From positions 1 through 24,885 of the IMG/VR virus record IMGVR_UViG_3300017910_000372: a stretch of 24,885 nucleotides of DNA; one strand, written 5' to 3'. Positions 1 through 5,284 of the stretch are shown here, in pieces. The notes under the pieces were generated by a model. That model was not told the origin of the DNA. It did no database searches and saw nothing but the letters and a program-made list of their open reading frames with translations. Source of the stretch: a virus (taxonomy: Duplodnaviria; Caudoviricetes). Made by a program: the position numbers and the translations under genes. How positions within the stretch are numbered: position 1 is the first letter of the stretch; the number at the start of each line of letters is the position of its first letter.

Positions 1-84
1 ATCTTTTTCTGATTTCGCTGTTTTGACCTTGTCTGTAAGGTCTACAGATTTTCCCGAAGGTAATATGATTTCAAAACTTGGCAT
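1..84 (-). CDS. Hypothetical early protein, 5' part (runs off the window)
   Basis: Not in the ORF track. ATG at 84 with AGGAG RBS (ctcct at 91-95) overlapping the upstream stop; reads MPSFEIILPSGKSVDLTDKVKTAKSEKD with no stop before position 1. Confidence 0.7.
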   Translation of the reverse strand, partial: MPSFEIILPSGKSVDLTDKVKTAKSEKD

Positions 85-93
85 TTTATGCTC

Positions 94-279
94 CTAAGAT
101 CCGCACCATTCCTCGAACGTTTTAAGGGGCGCGCCGTTGCGCGTGATGTCGCCGCCGTTGCCATCGTCGGCGCAGTGCAAATACGTTTCGTAGCGGTTTC
201 GTAACGCGGTCGGCGCGGTTAGCGCCGATTGCGATTGCAATAAATTAGTCCGTATTTCGTCTTTTTTTGTCGGTAGCAT
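94..279 (-). CDS. Small phage hypothetical protein (61 aa)
   Basis: Tightly packed in the leftward operon. The YETYLHCADDGNGGDIT...PLKTFEEW pattern resembles small phage hypothetical proteins. Confidence 0.7.
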   Translation of the reverse strand: MLPTKKDEIRTNLLQSQSALTAPTALRNRYETYLHCADDGNGGDITRNGAPLKTFEEWCGS

Positions 280-285
280 TTGTGT

Positions 286-624
286 TCACCATTTCGGCTT
301 GATTGTGACTTGATGCGGTGCGGATTCGTAAAGAACAATAAATTCGGCCGCGCCGCCAAAAAACTCTGTTAACCAACCGCCGTTCATATCAATGATCGGG
401 CGTTGCGGTGTTCCGGCGACGCGTCTGTGCGTGACGCCAGTTCGTTTGCCGTACCGTGTGACTTCTCGAACGCCGAAGCGCAAAATAATCTTATCGTCGC
501 GAATTTCACAGCTAAACGGCGTCTTGCAAGTGATTCCGCGAGATAAAAGGTTTTTACCTTCTAGCCAGACGCGCGCGTTTCCGCGATTGCGCCCAACTTT
601 GTGTTTGGCGGTATTCGGTAGCAT
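286..624 (-). CDS. AbrB/SymE-like swapped-hairpin protein, resembling the N-terminal domain of plasmid/ICE C5 DNA methyltransferases
   Basis: Motifs KVGRNRGNARVWLEG..L...G and R.VAG....PIIDMNG..L..FF, recalled from that domain. No MTase catalytic motifs. Confidence 0.55.
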   Translation of the reverse strand: MLPNTAKHKVGRNRGNARVWLEGKNLLSRGITCKTPFSCEIRDDKIILRFGVREVTRYGKRTGVTHRRVAGTPQRPIIDMNGGWLTEFFGGAAEFIVLYESAPHQVTIKPKW

Positions 625-625
625 T

Positions 626-718
626 TTAAGCCCCCAATGCGATGAAGATGAGAAGGATAGTGCCGAGCGCTGACGCGAATGCGACCGTTTCGCCCATGAT
701 GATGAAAAAGTCGCGCAT
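626..718 (-). CDS. 30-aa single-pass membrane peptide
   Basis: Not in the ORF track. ATG at 718 directly after the upstream TAG, with GGAGG RBS. MRDFFIIMGETVAFASALGTILLIFIALGA* fills the gap between its neighbours almost exactly. Confidence 0.75.
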   Translation of the reverse strand: MRDFFIIMGETVAFASALGTILLIFIALGA

Positions 719-973
719 CTACTCGACCTCCGAATATAATTTACGATAGTAAGCTCTTCGGAAGTCTTTGGCCTTTCCGTCTACGACTTGCGATCCGTAA
801 ACGTCGCCCGTGTCAAAAAACACGCCGTTATATTCTTGGCAAAAATCGGAAGCGACAATTTCTGCGGTTGTCCAGTTTGGCGCGTGTGTGATTAAATAGC
901 GTTTGCCCTGATATTCGGCGGTCACATAGACGGAACGATATGTGGGCTTCAATTGTTCAAGCGTTTGGCGCAT
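719..973 (-). CDS. Hypothetical early protein (84 aa)
   Basis: Abuts genes on both sides (TAG-ATG junctions), with GGAG upstream. Confidence 0.7.
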   Translation of the reverse strand: MRQTLEQLKPTYRSVYVTAEYQGKRYLITHAPNWTTAEIVASDFCQEYNGVFFDTGDVYGSQVVDGKAKDFRRAYYRKLYSEVE

Positions 974-1300
974 CTATTCCACTCCCATCTTGTGGAGTGC
1001 GTGGAGAATGCGCGAATGCAATTCGCCGTATGCAATAGCAACGGCAAAGCCGTCATAGGACCAACCGCCTTCCGGCTCGCCTGTGTCGCTAATGAATTCC
1101 TCGCCCTCGCTGGTGTCGCAGTTTTGGCAAATGGCGTGAGCCTTGTGGTAATAGATCACGTGCTCGCTGCCGTCGGCATATTCGTGCGCCATGTCGTAAG
1201 CATCGCCGCCGTGCTCTTTTATTTCGTCGGCAATGTCGCGTGCCGCAGCTTCGGCATACTGTTGCAACTGGTAGTCGTTCTTTATTGTGTCGGTAGTCAT
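974..1300 (-). CDS. Ocr-like (T7 gp0.3-like) acidic DNA-mimic / anti-restriction protein, 108 aa
   Basis: Likely start is ATG 1300 (RBS GAAAGGG) rather than 1426. 22 D/E versus 6 K/R. DAYDMAHEYADGSEHVIYY and AIAYGEL resemble Ocr DLHDAIHMAADNAVPHYY and ARIYEQL. First gene after the promoter. Confidence 0.6.
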   Translation of the reverse strand: MTTDTIKNDYQLQQYAEAAARDIADEIKEHGGDAYDMAHEYADGSEHVIYYHKAHAICQNCDTSEGEEFISDTGEPEGGWSYDGFAVAIAYGELHSRILHALHKMGVE

Positions 1301-1332
1301 AATCGGAAACCCTTTCTTTCCGTTTGTGATAG

Positions 1333-1362
1333 CGCCCGTCGACGTTGCCGCGTCGGCGGGCG
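1333..1362 (-). promoter_or_regulatory. GC-rich hairpin at the presumed 5' end of the early transcript
   Basis: Minus strand CGCCCG-C-CGACG [CGGCAA] CGTCG-A-CGGGCG, beginning about 6 nt downstream of the TATAAT at 1373-1368. Confidence 0.55.
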
Positions 1363-1367
1363 TGCCT

Positions 1368-1404
1368 ATTATATAACAATATGTGATATTATATGCAACC
1401 GCAA
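1368..1404 (-). promoter_or_regulatory. Sigma70-type early promoter region (leftward)
   Basis: AT-rich island. The minus strand has TATAAT at 1373-1368 and 1393-1388, TTGCAT at 1398-1393, and TTGCGG(1404-1399)-17 nt-TATTGT(1381-1376). The exact -35/-10 pairing is ambiguous. Confidence 0.6.
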
Positions 1405-1485
1405 TATTACCATGACGGTCGTGCATGTCATTTTATTCCGGCGAACCGCCCGAAAATCGGTTATTTATTTATAAAGTGAGGGCGA

Positions 1486-1971
1486 ATGACGACGCAAAGA
1501 CGCGGTGGCGGTAAGCCGCGCAAGTTTACTGAAAAGGTAAAAAGCGAGATCGTATCGGGCATGGCGTCCGGTCGAACGCTCGCTGATTTGTGCCGCGAAC
1601 ATAAGATCGAGCGGTCTGGCGTTTGGCGAGCGCGTGAAGCCGATCCGAGTTTCGATGCTGCGTTTGAAGCCGCTGGATCGACTGGCGTCTTAGCTTTTCT
1701 TGATAAAGCGCGGGAAGACTTGGAAAGCGCCGACGGCCGCGACGATATTCTTAAATGCAAGGAATTGTTACGTCACGCGGAATGGATGGCCGAAAAACGT
1801 TTAGCGATGTTCCAACCGGCAACGCGTGTCGAGGCGAGAATTGACGGTCCGATGGTTGTTGGTTGGCAAACCATTGAAGGCGCGGCGACGATTTTATCCG
1901 ACGATCAAGTCAACGGTCGCGCGCGAACGTTAACTACGGAAAGCCGCGCCGCATTGCCAGCGGCCGAATGA
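1486..1971 (+). CDS. terS: Terminase small subunit (Sf6-like HTH)
   Basis: G.P.KFT.....EI...MA.G.TL..LC HTH, then DPSF..AFE.A and a coiled helix. GAGGG RBS. Lies directly upstream of TerL. Confidence 0.8.
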   Translation: MTTQRRGGGKPRKFTEKVKSEIVSGMASGRTLADLCREHKIERSGVWRAREADPSFDAAFEAAGSTGVLAFLDKAREDLESADGRDDILKCKELLRHAEWMAEKRLAMFQPATRVEARIDGPMVVGWQTIEGAATILSDDQVNGRARTLTTESRAALPAAE

Positions 1972-1973
1972 TC

Positions 1974-2125
1974 CGCAAGAAATATTGCGAGCGGCGACCG
2001 TAACTTATTGAAACAACAGGCTTTCCGTCAGGTTCCTGACCTGATTACGGCATATTATTGCGGCGATCGTGATGACGGTAGGGGGTGGTCGACCAGGGGT
2101 ACCCCCGGCGCGGCGCGCGCCACCA
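1974..2125. other. Candidate packaging initiation site / genome-end region
   Basis: Non-coding terS-terL spacer. Contains an IHF-like site TAACTTATTGAAA (2001-2013), inverted repeats CGCAA-N6-TTGCG (1974-1989) and GTCAGG-TT-CCTGAC (2027-2040), and three 10-bp palindromes (2086-2095, 2096-2105, 2112-2121). Confidence 0.45.
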
Positions 2126-2182
2126 CATCTGGTCCCATGCTGGGGACGACTGCGACGAGTTTTTGAAAGTTAGCTTGGCGGT

Positions 2183-2245
2183 CCCCGCACTCCCGTCGAG
2201 CGGCGGGGCGGTGTTCCTCTCGCCGCCCCGCTACTTAGAGGTAAG
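2183..2245 (+). promoter_or_regulatory. Structured terL translation leader
   Basis: 11-bp stem 2203-2213/2221-2231 with loop TTCCTCT complementary to the SD AGAGG (2237-2241). An alternative pairing CCCCGC (2183-2188) with GCGGGG (2203-2208) is also possible. Confidence 0.5.
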
Positions 2246-3595
2246 ATGGCAAAAGCATCACCGCGAACCGTACAGAATATCACAATTCCGTACACTCCGC
2301 GTCCGTTACAAATGGAGTTTCACGAAGCCGCGAAGCGCTTCAACGTCGCGGTCTGCCACCGTCGTTTCGGGAAGACCGTCATGGCGATCAATCATCTGCT
2401 TCGCGACATCCTTCTCTGCCCCCATCCACGCGCACAGGGGGCGTACATCGCGCCGACCTACACGGCAGCAAAACGAATTGCGTGGGCGTATTTACGTGAG
2501 TATGCGGGCGTCATACCGGGCGTGAAGTTCAACGAGGCCGAGCTTCGCTGCGACCTACCGGACGACCGCCGAATATATTTGTTAGGAGGTGATAGTGCAG
2601 ACGCGCTGCGGGGCTTGTTCCTCGACAGCGTCGTCCTTGACGAATACGCGGATATGAACAGCCGCCTCTATCCAGAGGTCATACGCCCTGCCCTTGCGGA
2701 CAGACTGGGCAAGTGTCTCTGGATTGGAACGCCCCGCGGCGACAATCAGTTCAAGGAGATATACGACCACGCCTTGGAACAGCAGGGCGAGGGCAACGGG
2801 GATTGGTTCACGATGCGCTTCAAGGCATCGGAGACCGGCATCCTGCGTGAAGCTGAACTGGAAGCCGCTCGTCAGACGATGGACGAGAGCCAGTATCAGC
2901 AGGAGTTTGAATGTAGTTGGTCAGCCGCATTGGTCGGCAGCTACTACGGTGCGGCGTTAGACTTGGCTGAGACCGACAATCGGATAACGAGCGTTCCGTT
3001 CGATCCGAATCTCAAGGTATCGGTCAGCTTCGACTTAGGCGTTGCAGACAGTACAGCAATCTGGTTCAGCCAGGAGTATCAAAGAACGGGTGAAGTCAGG
3101 CTGATCGATTACTACGAAGCCAGCGGCGAGGGGCTGCATCACTACGTTAGGGAGTTAAACAACCGCCCTTATCATTATGAGCGGTTCTACTTCCCGCACG
3201 ACATCATGGTCCGTGAGTTGGGCAGCGGCAGCAGCCGGTATGAAATGTTACTGGGGTTGGGTGTTCGCCCGACTGTGGTTGCGAAGCTGAAGGTACAGGA
3301 CGGCATCGAGGCGGTGCGCGGTTTGCTGCCGCGTTGCTGGTTTGACCGCAAGCGTTGCGCGCAGGGTCTGAAGTATCTGCGGGCGTATCACCGGGCATGG
3401 GATGCCCGCAAGAATGATTGGCGGGATCGTCCTAATCACGACCACAGCAGCCACGCTGCGGATAGTTTCAGATATCTGGCGGTTGGCCTGCGCGATGCGG
3501 ATGAGGACGAGAGCATCAAAATGATGTCCCGCACGCAACGTATGGGCGATGGGCGTCCGGTGATTATGACGGATTATGCCGACAGCTTCGCTTGA
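2246..3595 (+). CDS. terL: Terminase large subunit
   Basis: Walker A HRRFGKT, Walker B VVLDEYA, coupling motif IGTPRG, nuclease motifs SFDLG and HDHSSHAADSFRYLA. Confidence 0.97.
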   Translation: MAKASPRTVQNITIPYTPRPLQMEFHEAAKRFNVAVCHRRFGKTVMAINHLLRDILLCPHPRAQGAYIAPTYTAAKRIAWAYLREYAGVIPGVKFNEAELRCDLPDDRRIYLLGGDSADALRGLFLDSVVLDEYADMNSRLYPEVIRPALADRLGKCLWIGTPRGDNQFKEIYDHALEQQGEGNGDWFTMRFKASETGILREAELEAARQTMDESQYQQEFECSWSAALVGSYYGAALDLAETDNRITSVPFDPNLKVSVSFDLGVADSTAIWFSQEYQRTGEVRLIDYYEASGEGLHHYVRELNNRPYHYERFYFPHDIMVRELGSGSSRYEMLLGLGVRPTVVAKLKVQDGIEAVRGLLPRCWFDRKRCAQGLKYLRAYHRAWDARKNDWRDRPNHDHSSHAADSFRYLAVGLRDADEDESIKMMSRTQRMGDGRPVIMTDYADSFA

Positions 3596-4052
3596 GCCGG
3601 TCACATATGCTGACGCTGCTTACATCTCGCGAAGGCTTCGGGAATGGGACGCCAGGGAGATCATGCCGCTGGTACGCGGTGGCGCGGAGGACTTGGCGCT
3701 TCTGGCGTCGGCAAGTCACTACGGCCGTGCAGCGCTGTATGACAATGAGCCGGTAGCGGTCTTTGGTGCAACGGAGACAGTGCCAGCAGTATGGCAAGTG
3801 TTCATGTTCGCGACGGACAAATGGCCGAAGGTGGCGTTGTCGGTCACGCGACACATTAGGAAAGTGATGATTCCGATCTTGTACGACACTGGTGCGAACC
3901 GCGCCGAGTGTCGGTCACATGCAGATTATAAGTGGGCGCATCGTTGGTTGCAGACCTTGGGCGCTCGTCAGGAAGCAGAGTTCAAAGAGTATGGGCCGCA
4001 GCGTGAGACGTATCTTCTCTTCGCTTGGCGCAGATCGTTTTACGAGGATTGA
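3576..4052 (+). CDS. T7 gp13-like GNAT-fold protein (putative acyl/acetyltransferase)
   Basis: LRE.D.RE N-terminal motif, PVAVFG strand and GNAT-like C-terminus AHRWLQTLGA...YG. Overlaps the TerL end by 20 bp. Confidence 0.7.
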   Translation: MPTASLEPVTYADAAYISRRLREWDAREIMPLVRGGAEDLALLASASHYGRAALYDNEPVAVFGATETVPAVWQVFMFATDKWPKVALSVTRHIRKVMIPILYDTGANRAECRSHADYKWAHRWLQTLGARQEAEFKEYGPQRETYLLFAWRRSFYED

Positions 4053-4054
4053 CC

Positions 4055-4273
4055 ATGTGTGTTTTTAGCAGTCCAAGTCCACCCCCCGCACCACCTCCGC
4101 CGCCTCCACCACCTCCGCCTCCCACGCGGGATGATCCGGAAGTAAACGCGGCAGCGGATGCTGCGCGTCGTCGGCGTCGGTTAGCGCGCGGCCGTGCAGC
4201 GACATTGCTGACCGGCGGTCAGGGTGTGACGGAAGAGGCGAACGTCGGACAGAAAACATTGCTGGGTCAGTAA
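4055..4273 (+). CDS. Small proline-rich virion protein with Met-Cys start (72 aa)
   Basis: Start ATG 4055 with GAGGA RBS. MCVFSSPSPPPAPPPP...RGRAATLLTG...KTLLGQ is typical of the small pre-portal proteins of podoviruses (T7 gp6.7-like position). Confidence 0.75.
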   Translation: MCVFSSPSPPPAPPPPPPPPPPPTRDDPEVNAAADAARRRRRLARGRAATLLTGGQGVTEEANVGQKTLLGQ

Positions 4274-4518
4274 TGGTCAGCAAAGCAAAGATGGCGTGCA
4301 ACAAGCCGAGGCGCACGCCGGGTGCCAGCAAGAAGTTTGTTGTGAAAGCCTGCCAGGGCGGCACCCAAAAACTCATTCGTTATGGCGATCCGAATATGAA
4401 GATTCGGAAGAGCAACCCGAAGGCACGCAAGAGCTTCCGGGCGCGGCACAAGTGCGACACTGCTGCGACGAAGAAAAACAAGTTGTCTGCACGTTACTGG
4501 TCTTGTCGGAATTGGTGA
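4273..4518 (+). CDS. Small basic protein (DUF6321-like), 81 aa
   Basis: TAATG coupling. KKFVVKAC..G..KLIRYGDPNMKI....P.ARKSFRARHKC...KLSARYWSC..W; 24 K/R versus 2 D/E. Confidence 0.85.
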   Translation: MVSKAKMACNKPRRTPGASKKFVVKACQGGTQKLIRYGDPNMKIRKSNPKARKSFRARHKCDTAATKKNKLSARYWSCRNW

Positions 4519-4664
4519 TGCCAAAAGATGCGTGTTATCGAAAAGTCAAAGCCCGTTACAAAGTCTTTCCAAGCGCATATGCAAGCGGCGCTATCGCAAA
4601 ATGTAGGAAAGTCGGCGCAAAGAACTGGGGCAACTCTACAAAGAAGCGTCGAAAGAAATCCTGA
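4518..4664 (+). CDS. Small basic protein, 48 aa
   Basis: TGATG coupling places the start at 4518, not 4296. MPKDACYRKVKARYKVFPSAYASGAIAKCRKVGAKNWG; 16 K/R. Confidence 0.85.
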   Translation: MPKDACYRKVKARYKVFPSAYASGAIAKCRKVGAKNWGNSTKKRRKKS

Positions 4665-4942
4665 TGGCTGTCAGGAAAACGAAAGAGGGCGCGAACCTAA
4701 AGCGCTGGTTCAAAGAACAATGGGTAGATGTTCGGACTGGCAAGCCATGCGGGCGTCAGAAGGGTGAGAAGCGCGGGACGCCGTATTGTCGTCCGAGTAG
4801 GCGCGTAAGCAGCAAAACGCCAAAGACTGCTGGCGAAATGTCTGCATCTGAAAAGCGAAAGAAGATTGCAGAGAAGAAGCGGTTGGGTCAGCCAGCCGGT
4901 AAGCCTCGTCGTGTTTCCGCAGCGAAGCGGAAAAAGAAGTAA
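4664..4942 (+). CDS. Small basic protein (DUF5872-like), 92 aa
   Basis: TGATG coupling. LKRWFKEQWVDV.TGKPCGR......PYCRP..RVSSKTPKT; about 35% K/R. Confidence 0.85.
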   Translation: MAVRKTKEGANLKRWFKEQWVDVRTGKPCGRQKGEKRGTPYCRPSRRVSSKTPKTAGEMSASEKRKKIAEKKRLGQPAGKPRRVSAAKRKKK

Positions 4943-4960
4943 CCCAAATAGGAGATAGAG

Positions 4961-5056
4961 ATGCCCGGTCATTACGGAAAGAACGGAATGAAAAAGAAGC
5001 CCATGAACAAGGGCGCGGTGAAGCCGATGAAGAAGGCAAAGAAAAAGAAGAAGTAG
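4961..5056 (+). CDS. 31-aa lysine-rich peptide
   Basis: Not in the ORF track. AGGAG RBS. MPGHYGKNGMKKKPMNKGAVKPMKKAKKKKK* has 13 Lys, and its TAG abuts the next ATG. Confidence 0.8.
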   Translation: MPGHYGKNGMKKKPMNKGAVKPMKKAKKKKK

Positions 5057-5284
5057 ATGTGTACGCCCGAAGCATATCAACAGGTAACGAGCGGCATGAT
5101 GCGCCCGCAGAGCGCGGGTAAGAAGCCGCCGCAATCGTCCTTGGGTGCGCGACTGGATCAGGCGCAGCGTTCCGCAATGTCTACTTCGGGCGGCGGAACG
5201 TACCAAGGCCGCACCATTATGCAGGGTGTTCCTCGCAACACAGACGTCGCTGCTATACGGCAGACGACGATGCTGGGGGTTTAA
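5057..5284 (+). CDS. Second small Met-Cys protein preceding the portal (75 aa)
   Basis: MCTPE...GRTIMQG...TTMLGV; coupled to the portal by TAATG. Confidence 0.75.
   Translation: MCTPEAYQQVTSGMMRPQSAGKKPPQSSLGARLDQAQRSAMSTSGGGTYQGRTIMQGVPRNTDVAAIRQTTMLGV

Noticed and set aside
1301-1426. N-terminal extension of the 150-aa ORF 974..1426
   Set aside because: It runs through the promoter and hairpin. The RBS and the Ocr-like sequence point to ATG 1300.
392-1474. Plus-strand ORFs 392..673 and 953..1474
   Set aside because: Antisense shadows of the tightly coupled minus-strand operon, with no recognisable motifs.
2085-2525. 146-aa ORF overlapping the terL start
   Set aside because: It spans the palindrome cluster and overlaps terL out of frame; the sequence is not protein-like.
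4074-4123. CCN-rich low-complexity tract as a DNA repeat or contingency locus
   Set aside because: Third positions vary, so it is a selected polyproline coding run rather than a slippage repeat.
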